Shown here one piece after another: positions 12,852 to 26,533 of a stretch of DNA of 64,000 bases. Source of the stretch: Octopus vulgaris (lineage: Eukaryota). Under the pieces are notes generated by a model, which ran no database searches, was not told the origin of the DNA, and was given only the letters and a program-made list of their open reading frames with translations. Position 1 is the stretch's first letter, and each line of letters opens with the position of its first letter. A program made the translations under genes and the position numbers. Where the stretch lies: positions 1,302,001-1,366,000 of the forward strand of contig OX597827.1 of the NCBI GenBank assembly GCA_951406725.2, in the 5' to 3' direction.

Positions 12852-13556
12852 GTACATATACACACGCATACACACACCCACACTCATGCACATACACATT
12901 TATATATACATATACATACAGCAATACCCCACTTCACAAGGACTCATTTTATTTTCAAGCACAAGATCCAAATTTTGAACAAAGTGCAAAAGTTCCAACC
13001 AACCATAACAAATAAATGCTTCTGTATGTTATTGAGAAATTTACAGAGAGCGCAAAAAGTCTTCTTCTGACCAAACAACTGTAGACTTGTTTTATAAAAA
13101 GAAATTTACAGGTCTGTCTACAAGTGCTTGTAAATTGGTGATCATGTGTGTATACAAGTGATGGTGAGTGCGAATCTTGTGTGAGTAAATGTGATTCAGA
13201 AAATGTTAATAATTATAATATTTTTTTTATTGTAATTGATCTTGCATTGATATTCTTTTTACTTTACATAAAATATTCTTTATATTCTATTTTTCTTTCA
13301 TTGCCATTTATTTTATGAGTTCAATAAATTTTATAGGTAAAATATTTTCATATTTTACATGCAACACACTTGTGTGTTAATGCAATGCATCCCATGCAAC
13401 AGAATAAAATCAAGTGTCTGATGTGTTGGCAGCTAAATCTGGCTCATAACTATGCAAGAAACAAATATGAACTAACAGACAATATATCAAAGAATATCAG
13501 AATTGTTTTTATCAACAATATGAGTTCTATATTTAAAATATGAGGAATCTTGTACT

Positions 13557-13848
13557 TTATTTACGTTATTAACAATTGATGGATATTTGTTCTCATCTTG
13601 TTTGTTGTTAACACAATATTTCGGCTGATATACCCTCCAGCCTTTTTCAGGTGTCTTGGGGAAATTTCGAACCCGGGTTCTCATTTCTAAGGTATTTTTC
13701 GATGTTATTATTGTTATTATTATTGTTGTTGTTGTTGTTATAGTTCAGGTCACTGCTTGGAATCGAACTCGGAATCTTAAGGTGCCCTTAACCACTACGC
13801 CCACGGATGAGGACAAATAGCCATTCGAATGTAAATAATGTAAATAAT
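13557..13848 (-). mobile_element. tRNA-headed element with hammerhead-like tail and inverted terminal copy
   Basis: A/B boxes at 13745-13803, HHR-like motif at 13610-13655, and inverted repeat 13557-13597/13806-13847. Confidence 0.6.
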
Positions 13849-14705
13849 GAATATGAGTTTTGTTACTGATTTAGGTCTTGATATTTATTAATATTTAGCC
13901 ATATTAACAGATTAGGCAACAGTGATAGATATCTACTCATTCTGAAAGACAGATGCAGAGGTAGAATATTAGAATAGACAATATGGAATGAATTAAATCA
14001 AAATTTACTAACAAACAGCCATAAACTGAAACTTGTTGCTGGATAATTTTTTTTCTAGTTGAACTGGGAAGTGACAAGTTTCAGATTTTAAAAATGTGAG
14101 ATATGTATGTTATCACATTGTGATGGGTGATATGTGTTATTATATCGATAAACCAGTAGCCAAACTCCATAACTCTTCACAAAGAAAAAGAAAAGATCTG
14201 CGTGTGTCCAGCTCACAGCAGCAGTTCAGTGTAGCTTGGTTTGATTCAAGGAAAGATGCTTTGGTTAACGTACGCTTTTACAGTATCGTGGCTTTCTGTT
14301 GAAACTTGTGATGGTATCATCATCATCATCATCATCGTTTAGCGTCCGCTTTCCATGCTAGCATGGGTTGGACAGAATGCTTTCTCAAAATATTAGTGCA
14401 AGTTGGAACATACCCTGGGTGGTACAGCCTTATACAAATGACCCAAGATGCTGTGAGAATGATGCCATTTGGCAGACCTTGTGTGTTGTGTGTTTTGCAT
14501 GTACAAAAAAATTGGTAAACGGTGCTTATAAATGCATTTAGAATGATACTTAACTTTATATGTGCACATTCATAATCTAGGTACATAATATAAACACAAA
14601 TGTAGATATACCTATGTATATCTATCATTACATATATATATATATATATATGCATATGTATTGCTCCAGCGTGGCTGCAGTCAAATAACAGAAATAAGTA
14701 AAAGA

Positions 14706-14741
<36 letters not shown>

Positions 14742-15051
14742 GATTTATACACATACATGTAGAATATATACCAGTAACATACACACACACATGTTATATA
14801 ATAAAGAATATACATCATATATAATGTAGAATATGTATCTCTGTATATTTAAACATATATATATATATATATATATATCACAAATATATACAAGGAATAA
14901 ATAATATATCTATCTATCTTATATATTGTCGAGAACTAATGATGATTTGGTGACTTATGTCTGTTTTTAGTTTGTTTCTGTTTATATACATATATTTCAT
15001 CATCATCATCATCATATATATATATATATATATATATATCTCATATATACA

Positions 15052-15095
<44 letters not shown>

Positions 15096-15392
15096 TATTA
15101 GTATTTGGTAGAAGTAATAGTGTAATTCAAGGGCCAAGAGTTTTATGCATTAGCACTTTAGGTGGTGAATGCTAACACACGAAACCTCTGGCACACGAGT
15201 CACTAAGTTATTTCTCACAAATATCAATAAAAACAAAAGTACTCATGTTTAGAGTTCTATTTTTCCTCTTTGCATCACCAAACCATTATATATAATAAGT
15301 GTGTGTGTGTGTGTTACAATATACAACAATAAACATGTATAGAGCATAAACAGGGAATCTATATAATATATACATACATACATACATACATG

Positions 15393-15426
<34 letters not shown>

Positions 15427-15616
15427 TATTTATATAGAAATACTATAGTATATATATAATATATAAAATGTGAAATACATGTATGTACATATAAGTAGCA
15501 TATAAAATACACATACATAAATTACACATACATTTGTAATGTATACTAGATATTAGATTATATGTATCTCTTTACATATAGGTATTATATACATACATAC
15601 ATATATATACATACGT

Positions 15617-15687
<71 letters not shown>

Positions 15688-16165
15688 TATATTATATTAT
15701 ATTATATTATATTATATTATATTATATTATATTCATGTTTGTTTTTGCGTTCAGTTATAATGAAATCAATCTTACATCAATCCGATGGGCAACTCTATAC
15801 TTATGTTGAGTACAAATTTATACTTCCTAAACAAGAAGGTTGTTGACAGTGATTTCCAAGTTTCGGCCAGCTAAACCATCATCGGATATAAATGCAAAAT
15901 GGATGTTATTATTGTAAAACACGTTTAAAAATAACATGGCAACATCTACGAATGGAGATAATCAATATGGATTGCCGAGTGAAATGTACTGTAAAATTTG
16001 TGTTGACAAGGAACAAATTTCATCTGATGGTTTATTCAACTGGTGGTTAAATGATGTTTGGTAAAATCTTCCAGTAAACTGGGAGCTTTTAATAATTGTA
16101 ATTATATACATACTGATGTATATATATATATAAATATATATACTGATGCATATATATGTATACAA

Positions 16166-16196
<31 letters not shown>

Positions 16197-16442
16197 CAAA
16201 CTGGGACCAGAATGCTTAGAAGACGATACAAAATACACGGACGGGACCTTCGAAGCCTTCAATCTTCAGTCAAGAACCGGATCATCCTCGCAATTTCGGC
16301 TGATTAATCTTGAGATTGCTCCAATCTGGCCAGCCCCAAGGAAAAACTAAGCTAAGCACATTAGATTCCTTGGAAAAAAGCTTCGAATGTATACAAAACA
16401 AGGACGAAAAAACGGACGATGTTACACGAATATGAAGAAAAG

Positions 16443-16527
<85 letters not shown>

Positions 16528-16534
16528 TACACAC

Positions 16535-16793
16535 AATTGCTGCATGGAAAGTGTTTATAAGCCATTTAAAAACTCACAAAAACCGTTAGATACACTGCAA
16601 CATTTAAATTCAATCTGCCAAAATATTTTCGTCACTTTCAGACTGTGACCTGGTCACTGACAAAATTCCGTGCTGCATGGAGTTTCGTCAAAGTGATGAA
16701 AATATTTTGGCAAATTAAATTTAATTGTTGAAGTGTATCTAACAGTTTTTGTGTGTTTTTCAATGCCTTATGAACACGTTCCATGCTGCAACT
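16535..16793. repeat. ~260-bp fold-back element adjoining (TA)n
   Basis: GCATGGAAAGTGTTTATAAG..AAATATTTTCGTCACTTT pairs with AAAGTGATGAAAATATTT..CTTATGAACACGTTCCATGC. Confidence 0.85.
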
Positions 16794-17292
16794 GTTTTTG
16801 TTTCAGTACACGTTCTTAGATCAGGTCACTTGCTATGCAAGTACATCTCCGTAATATATATATATATACATATATATAGTTAATCCAAGAAAAGCGAGGA
16901 AAAACGCAAGCAATAACAATGTGAGGATGTGGTACATGCAAATTATTAGCAGACACCCGGGGAAGGAAAGAAAGTAGTGTTGTGTTTTGAACAAAGTTTT
17001 TCATAAGAAACAGGTGACAGGAGGAAAGCCCAAGAGAAAAGGAAAATTGGCAATGATCCACATGTGGTTACACACACACATATACATATATATATAAACA
17101 CACACATATATATATTCATATATATATATAAACTTATACATGTATATATTTACATACATATAAAAAGAATATATACATACATATAGATATATAGACATAT
17201 ATACATATATATACATACATATAAATATATATACATATAGATATATATATACATATAAACATATATAAATACATATACATATGTATACATAT

Positions 17293-17340
<48 letters not shown>

Positions 17341-17434
17341 CATAGCGGTGGTGCCCCAGCATGGCCGCAGCCTTCGGGCTGCAACATTTTTAAGGATTTA
17401 AGGATACATATATATATGTATACATATAGAAAAA

Positions 17435-17481
<47 letters not shown>

Positions 17482-17590
17482 CATACATATATATATACAT
17501 ACATATATATATACGTATATATACATACATATACATACATATATATATATACATACATATATATACATAAATATAGATACATGCATATAT

Positions 17591-17622
<32 letters not shown>

Positions 17623-17832
17623 GAAGATATATAATAAAAATGCAGGGTACGATATGTATGTGTTTGCTTGAAAGAGGAATTAAAACACTCCAAAAAGCAT
17701 GTATCTCTTACTATAAATAAAACCACAGAGAGAATATAGCAAACATATATGTCTCTGGAAAAGGAGAAATATATAAATATATATATATATATATATATGT
17801 AATGATATATATATATATATATATATATATGA

Positions 17833-18018
<186 letters not shown>

Positions 18019-18146
18019 CAAAAGACATATATATGCACATATATGGTGATAATAATATGACAACAGAAGAATGAATGAGACCTCAGTATTATGTAAAATA
18101 GAGGAATTAATCTATAAATATCCTGTAACAATTAGTCGGTTGTCAT

Positions 18147-18207
18147 AATACAACTCAGAGTTTCGGATGCTGGGTCTCAAGTCTGCTCCAACATCTCATC
18201 AGTTATT
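18147..18207 (-). ncRNA. hammerhead ribozyme-like motif
   Basis: Reverse strand AATAA-CTGATGA-GATGTTGG(13 nt)CCAGCATC-C-GAAA-CTC(T)GAG-TT-GTATT; both core boxes intact. Confidence 0.6.
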
Positions 18208-18254
18208 CTGATGTGATGCTGGAACAGCCCTGGAATAACAACAGACTAATTGTC

Positions 18255-18296
<42 letters not shown>

Positions 18297-19049
18297 ATCA
18301 AATATATATATATATACATAACATATACATGAAAACATATATATTCATATAACATGTATATATATAAAAATACATATATATGTTATAATAAATATATATA
18401 GAGAGAGAGAGGAGGGAGGAGGAGTGAGACAGACAGACAAGTGATATGCTTAGGCATACAACTATATACACACAATGTATATGTGAGTATATATATTATC
18501 TATAAATATATATATAGCTATATATTTATAAATATATATATACATAATTACATGATACACAATATATATACATATAATTTTATATGCATAATGTACATCG
18601 ATATAATGTGTATATATATATAAATGCATACACACACACACTTATATATTCATATAAGTATGTGTGTATGTATATATATATGGTGTATATTCCACATATT
18701 TATCGATGTGTGTGCATAGTCAGAGCTTTATAGTGATATATGTGTAAGTGTAAATACATGTATCTATGCCTAGATAAGCATGTATGTATGTATATATATA
18801 TATATATGTATGTATAACAGAAGGTTTACAAAAATAAACAAAAGACGAAGGCAAGTGGAGTACATATATATATATATACACACACTAATATATATCATTG
18901 TCTCTGTAAGTGATCATTGGATAGTATGTAGCAGAACTTACGTAGTCATTAGTATTAAAATCTCTCTCTCTATATATAGACTAGGTTGTACTGTATTATG
19001 TCTACCTGTTACCTTCAGATCTTTTGCATCTGTACTTACCATTATATAT

Positions 19050-19555
19050 TCTTTTATTCTTTTATTTGTTTTAGTCAAAGAACATGATGCCAGGACTTAT
19101 TCTTTGTAAGCCTAGTAATTATTCTATCAATCTCTTTTACCAAGCTGCTAAGTTACTGGGATGGAAACACATCAGCATTAGTTGTCAAATAGTGGTGGGG
19201 GACAAACACAGACACAAAGATACACACACACACAAAGATACACACACACACACATACATGCATATATATATATACATATATTTATATAAATACATACATA
19301 TATATATACACATATATATATACATACATATATATATACATACATACATATATTTATATAAATACATACATATATATATACATACATACATATATATATA
19401 TATACACACATATATATTTATACATACATACATACATACATACATTTATATATATATATATATATATATGATGGGTTTCTTTCAGTTCCTATATACCAAA
19501 TCCACTCGCAAGGTTTGGTTAGCCCTAGGCTACAGTGGAAGACACTTGGCCACAG
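19050..19555 (-). mobile_element. diverged family B SINE
   Basis: Tail and body motifs as above, with an expanded internal microsatellite. Confidence 0.7.
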
Positions 19556-19608
19556 TGGACAAACAAAAGAAGGACACTCAACCAATTTATTGGGAGTTAC
19601 ATGTATGA

Positions 19609-19745
19609 ATTGAAACAGTCTGATTCAAATCCAATGGCACTCTTGAATTTCAAGTGCGATGCTAGTCATCAGCCATTTTGGGCTGACGATTAGCATCATG
19701 CTTAAAACTCAAGAGTACCAACGAATTTGAATCAAACTGTTTCAA

Positions 19746-19746
<1 letters not shown>
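19609..19746. repeat. palindrome of two back-to-back hammerhead-like motifs
   Basis: Arms 19609-19674 and 19681-19746; each reads GG-CTGAYGA-..-RAAA-YTC-AA-GAG-TR-CCA outward from the centre. Confidence 0.7.
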
Positions 19747-19781
<35 letters not shown>

Positions 19782-20213
19782 ATAAAATTTAGTGTGTTTG
19801 TGTTTGTCCCCCATGGCTGTTTGAAACTGGTGTTAGTGTATTGACGTCCCCACAACTTAGTGGTTTGGCAAAACATACTGATAGAATAAGGACCATGCTT
19901 AAAAAGAAAGTACTGGGGTTAAATCATTTGACTAACAGTTTTCCAAGACAATAGCCCCAGCATAGCCACACCCTTACGACTGAAGAAGTAAAAGATAAAA
20001 ATTTTTTTTGACCTTAAGAAGGTCTTGCAGATTTTTATTGTCCCAGATATTACAATCATATGTAGCATTTGAATTAAGGGTTACATTCCAGTCCTCAGTC
20101 AAATCGTCCAACCCATGCTAGCATGGAAAGCGGACGTTAAACGATGATGATGATGATGATGATTCTCTCCTCAACAACCCAATTTCGACCATACTTTGCT
20201 TCAAGCAGGTTTG

Positions 20214-20588
20214 GGATCTTTTCAGTCTGAACGGCAGTTTTTTCTTGCAGTGTCATATGAAATTGTCACCCATAATTATGACCCTAGTATCGATCTATTG
20301 CATTTAAATCTGTTTTAGGTTTAGGGGTGGGGGGAAGGCTATCTTTTTTTCTCCACAAATGTAAATAAACCCAATCTGTTTCTTAAACGAGGGACATATT
20401 CATACGGCACAGAATGTTTTCACCTCAATAGACGTAATTGATTGGTTGAAATTGAAGAAAAAAACAACAAATATCTTACAAACTATAGAATTTTCTCAAT
20501 AAAGTCAAGAGAAAAAGATGCTGAAGTTTAAAATTTTTTAGTTACCTAGAAATTATGTTAAAAACTGCCGTTCAAACCGAAAAGATCC
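20214..20588. mobile_element. MITE with ~28-bp TIRs and 8-bp TSD (possibly Merlin-like)
   Basis: GGATCTTTTCAGTCTGAACGGCAGTTTT...AAAACTGCCGTTCAAACCGAAAAGATCC; CAGGTTTG duplicated at 20206-20213 and 20589-20596. Confidence 0.85.
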
Positions 20589-21348
20589 CAGGTTTGTATG
20601 AACACTGTTGTTTCAATAATAAATAACATGAAACTGGAAGTTTATCTTGGGTACTAGATTTGCAAATTCTTTATTAATGATCCATAGACTTTTTTTCTTT
20701 TTTTTCTCTTGCATTTTCCTGACCACACGGAGTTCAGAGGTCAGCTAATTTCCAAAAAGTGTCTATTTTTTCCTTGTCTAATACAACAATATCAAACTGA
20801 TTTTATTTTAACTTAGTTGTTGTTTTAATTTTTAAGTGTCACCATTGTCATATAAACATGATCGGGTGACTAAAAAAGCTTGCCTTTCGTTCATGACCGA
20901 GTGTTTGTTGCTATTGTTTCGGGCGTGCCTAAGTCTTGTAAATGAAATTGGATAGATAGAAACTTTGAAATCTGTCAGATAAATTTTATTTTTACATTTA
21001 AAGGCCTAACTTCGTTACATGGTCAGTCACACTGACTATACTCGAAGCCGACCTCATAGTTACATGTATTTGTGTATCACTGAGTCACTTAGTCAATACG
21101 TCAGTGAGTATAAATACTCGTTATCGAAACAGACGGCGTGTTTGTGTGTGTATGTGTGCGTATGTACGTAAGTATACATACATACATATACACACAAGTT
21201 TGAATGCGTGTATTCTAAAGAAAAAGCAGTATAAATAGAACTCAGTACATGGGTATATACTTATATATTTAATGTATTATTTTGAATCGGCAGAAAGTTG
21301 AAAAAGTGATTCAAGGGCCGAGACTATCGTGCAAATCATCAATCGAAT

Positions 21349-21396
<48 letters not shown>

Positions 21397-23645
21397 GAGT
21401 ATATGTTGTGTATACGTGTGTGAAAGTATGGAGGAGCATTCGCTTTACAATTTAAAACAAATATGTTATTAAGTTTTAAGTTTTGAAAGCTGGGGTAATG
21501 CGATTTGAAATAAAAATAAGAAATAAAGGAAATGGGTCTGAAGTAATGACAACGAAATTGACAAGGAACCAATGATAGAAAGAAAAAGAAATATGCTGTG
21601 TTATGAAGACAAGCGAAAGAGTGACAGAATGAAAATGGTAAAATAAAGAATGGAAGGAAGAAAACGTATTGAAGGATAAGTATGAAAGAAAGGAAAATGA
21701 GAAAAAGAAATATAAGAATGAAATAGAATTATTATTAAGGCTTCAATTAAGGGAAGGACAGCAAGGAAAGGAAAACTGAAGGAAATAAGAAGTGTCAAAG
21801 ATTTAAGGAACAGAAAATAGAAGAGAAGAGAAAGAAAATTGAAAGCTATGAAAGAGAGAGAAAAAGGAAGGTAGACCGACATGAAGACAGAAAGGTAGAA
21901 AGACAGAGAGAAAAACGAGAAGTGTAGAAGAGTGTTGACGAAATAATAGAATATAAGAATGAGAGAAAAAGGAAATTATGAAAAGGAAGAATGATGGAAT
22001 TAATAATGATGTTTTAAAGAGTGACAGAGAAACAGAAGAAATGAAGGAAAACGGAAGGAGTGTCTCTGTTTCTTGTTTAGTTCCTTGTCTACTTTCACTT
22101 TCGTTTCTTTCAAAAGTTAGGTCGAATAAGAAGGATCTTGTATGTACGTGGTCGTCCAACAAATAGAAATAGCAGCCAAATTTCTTTCTGTGAGACACGT
22201 TTATATATTGTGTTTATATATTGTTTATAGATTTGGTGATACGAAGAGAAAGACAGAAATCAAAAGATGAGCGTGTGATATATATATATATATATATATA
22301 TCGATAGGAATTAAAGGGGCCACGAGTTTCGTGTATAGGCACTTGTGTGTTTATACATTATACATACATAATATGTTTGTCTAAACACACACACACACGC
22401 ACTCTTTTACCTGCTTCCATCATGGGCTGCGGCCATACTGGAGCACCGCCTTAAACAGTTTTAAGGCGATCAAATCGTTCCTCGTCCTTATTTTTAAAAG
22501 TCTGGTAACACTTTTGCTCTTATTTTGCCCAACCGTTAATCATAGCGAGGACGCAAACAAACCAGATATAGTGGCGACCTGTCTGCCTGTACACACACAA
22601 ACCCATACATACATACATACATACACACATACATACTTACATACATACACACACACATACATACATACATACACACACATACATACATACATACATACAT
22701 ACATACATACATACCCACACATACATACATACATACATACATACATACATACATACATACATACATACACACATACATACATACATACATACCCTCGCGC
22801 GCACATGCACTAGAAAAGACAAACGGAATTGTCACGGTTGGAATGGATGTCGCTTGAAAGAAAAATACGAATAATCAACTGAATCAACCCGCTTTTATAA
22901 TAACCGGATAGATGGATGGATGGATGGATGGATGGACGGACGGGTAGATAGACGAGGATGGAGGGATGGATGGATGGATGGATGGATGGGTGGATGGATG
23001 GGTGGATGGATGGGTGGATGGATGGATGGACGGACGGACGGGTAGATAGACGAGGATGGAGAAATGGATGGATGGACAGAGAAAGACAGAAAAAAAGAAG
23101 AGATAACTTGGAAAATTTGGAATATTGTGTATTATTGTATGTAGAACTGGATAAACTACGTATGAAAATAAGATTAAAATTAAAAAGATTAACACGGGAT
23201 GGTCATAAATGGAAAACTCTTTCTTTCATCCCATGTGTTGTTAATGAGAGGCTTAACACAGAACAAATCAACAATAACAAAAACGTGATGGAATAAATGG
23301 AGCGATGCCGGTTGATGCTAGATTTACTTCAGTTTCGGAAATTATTTTGAAATAAAAGAAAACATTTTTGGTGGATCCTCTTTCGGTGTCTTTAATGAAG
23401 GAATGAATATTTTCGGCTCTTCGATGGACAGAAAGAACTACCTGTTCGTGACGTTGTCTATAAGTGGTTAAAATTCCATAGAAATACTTGGGACTTTAAT
23501 GTCATTTTTCCGTATACTTTGCGTAATTTGGTGTTTGACAAGGGTGGGTAGTTTTCAAAATTATTTTATTACAGGTATAGTACGTACATAAATTGTTTGT
23601 ATGTATACGTCTATAAAATACACACACACATACATACATAATACA

Positions 23646-23692
<47 letters not shown>

Positions 23693-23733
23693 TTAATATA
23701 TATATATATATAAATACATATATATATATATAC

Positions 23734-23945
23734 ACTCTTTTACTCTTTTACTTGTTTCAGTCATTTGACTGCGGCCATGCAGGAGCACCACCTTTAGTCG
23801 AGCAAATCGATCCCAGGACTTATTCTTTGTAAGCCTAGTACTTATTCTATCGGTCTCTTTTGCCGAACCGCTAAGTTACGGGTACGTAAACACACCAGCA
23901 TCGGTTGTCAAGTGATGTTGGGGGGACAAACACAGACACACAAAC
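23734..23945 (-). mobile_element. family B SINE 3' half
   Basis: ACTCTTTTACTCTTTTACTTGTTTCAGTCATTTGACTGCGGCCATG... Confidence 0.85.
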
Positions 23946-23949
23946 ATAT

Positions 23950-23984
<35 letters not shown>

Positions 23985-25145
23985 CACAGATATACATATA
24001 TGCACACGCACTCATAAATATACATGCACACACACATGTACATGTGTATATACAGACATACGCATATACATACGTATCTATATATATATATATTTATACG
24101 CGTGCACACACATACATATACAGAAACGCACACATATATACATAGGTATGCACATACACACACGCTTATCTCTATCTACATACGCACATAGGTACACATA
24201 TTCGCACACATATATATACACTTATATACACGCATACACACACATATATGCACGCATACACACACCTATACGTACGCATACACACACCTATACGCACGCA
24301 TACACACACTTATACGCACGCACACACTTATATACATATTTATACATTTATTTATACACATATAGACACATATACACACGCACACACATGAACGCACACA
24401 TGCATATTCCTACATAGGTATATACATACGCATACTACACACAGTCTACTCAGAGTGACGTCAGTGACTCGAGTACTCCATGGTCAGTTGTACTCCTAAC
24501 GTAATCCTTCCCCAATTTCAGCACGTCACCGTGTCATCAAGTTAGTTCATCGAATTGCCGATACAGTCCATATATATATATGTGCATTTCACACACACAC
24601 ACACACTTTTAGAACTCCTAGTTCATAGAACTGGCCTCACACACACTTGTATCACCACACGTAATCCCCAAGCAGTGTTGATATGGCACATTAATTAACA
24701 AAGCAAGAACTCTCTCACGGGTATAGTCCATTCGAGGAAACTCGGCACCAGTTCTCCGTCCATCTAGTTTCAGTTATAAGGTTGGTGACCCCCCTCAAAA
24801 CTATGTGTGCAGGTACAACACCTATTTTCCGGATACTTTGGTCCGGAATCCCTGCTAACCCGCACTAATTCAAATTCCCGCACCCGCCAGTCTAGTTTCC
24901 TGGCACCTTTCACACAGTACATTGTTAATAAATTTGAATCGGTCAGGTATAAATCATATTTATAAATAATGTACCTGTATTCTATTTAATTATTTAAGCA
25001 AAATTAAAATTTGTTTAGTTCAGAGAATGGTTAGCCTTGGTTTGGAAAAAATCGGTTGTCCAGATTTGCTTTGGAACCAAAGGTAACGGAAAATCGATGT
25101 TTTACCTGTGTGTGTGTGTGTGTAATAGAAGATCATTTTATCGTT

Positions 25146-25341
25146 TGTCTTTTATTGGTTTCAGTCATTAGACTACGGTCATGCTGGAGCACCGCCTTCA
25201 ATACTTTTAGTCGAATAAATCGACACCAGGAGTTATTTTTTAAAGCTTAGTACTTGTTTTATTGGTATCTTTAGCCGAACCGTTAAGTTACGGGGAAGTA
25301 AACGCACCAACACCGGTTGTCAATTGGTGGTGAGACACACG

Positions 25342-25400
<59 letters not shown>

Positions 25401-25543
25401 TGGCAGGCTTCTTTTCCTTTCCGTCTACCAAATCCACTCACAAGGCTTTGTAGGCCCGAGGCTATAGAAGACATTTGCCTAGCAGTGAGACTGAACCCGG
25501 AACCATGTGGTTGGGAAACAAGCTTCTTATCTCACAGCCACGC
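25146..25543 (-). mobile_element. family B SINE
   Basis: Head, core, internal (CA)n and tail motifs. Confidence 0.75.
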
Positions 25544-26469
25544 TTTGGAAATTCGGACCTAATAAGATTACTAAGTGAACTTCACCATTCGGTTAGGCCT
25601 GCGTTCAAATACACACTTGTGCGAATACGCGGCGCCTAAAGGAGGTGCATTTACCTTCAGTCCATAAAAGACAATCCTTCATTCCGAGACTATGGTAAAC
25701 ATGACAATTGTTTCTAATACAGGCGCAAAGTCTGGAATTTGGTAGGATGGGAGATGCACATGATTGCCGCTTTATTTTATCGACCTCCGAAAAAAATGAA
25801 CAGTAAAGGTGACCTCGGCGGGATTTGAACTCAGAATGTAGAGAGCTAGAAAATAAAAACCGCATGACCAATTTTTTGTTGTTAAAAAATATATTTCTAT
25901 AAATACATATATGCTCAAGTGAATGAACCCTAGGATAGCACTTGTATTCACTGAACAACCGTGATGGAAAGCGGAGTGCGCAATGATGGGTTTTAGGCTG
26001 GGTTTCAGGTACCGCATCCGAAAGGCTGCCGCTTGTTGGAGAGACACCAGTCATAGAAACGTTATTGAAAATCTCACTCGAGGTCACACAGAACTTAATA
26101 AGCCCTGGGGGTTACAAAATACAAACTTGGTTCAAAAAACGTAGGGGTGGAGATCCCCTAATTTACAGTTGTTAGAAGAGGGTCTTCAGGCGTCTGGCCC
26201 CCATCTTCTTCCCTATCTCGTCAGCCTCCCTGAATCTGGCGTAGCGCATGATTCTCTCCTGAAATCCATTTCCATCACTGCTGGAGTGAGATGACGGGCA
26301 ATTCAAACGTGGTTTAAAATGCGTAAATGTAGAAGGAAGAAACTTGAATGAATGAATGAATGAATGAACTAGCGGAAGAACGAAATGAAAGTATTGTATT
26401 TTCTTTCGCCAATTTACTGTATTGAAAGCCAGGAATTTTATGCGTAAGTGTACGCACACACACACACAC

Positions 26470-26533
<64 letters not shown>

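Noticed and set aside
15852-15890. possible hammerheads here and at 34833-34872, 16240-16272 and 53886-53905
   Set aside because: Core boxes mutated and stem I weak; too degenerate to call individually.
26172-26320. GC-richer frame on - (..FQERIMRYARFREADEIGKKMGARRLKTLF*)
   Set aside because: Short, no recognisable family, no clear splice acceptor.
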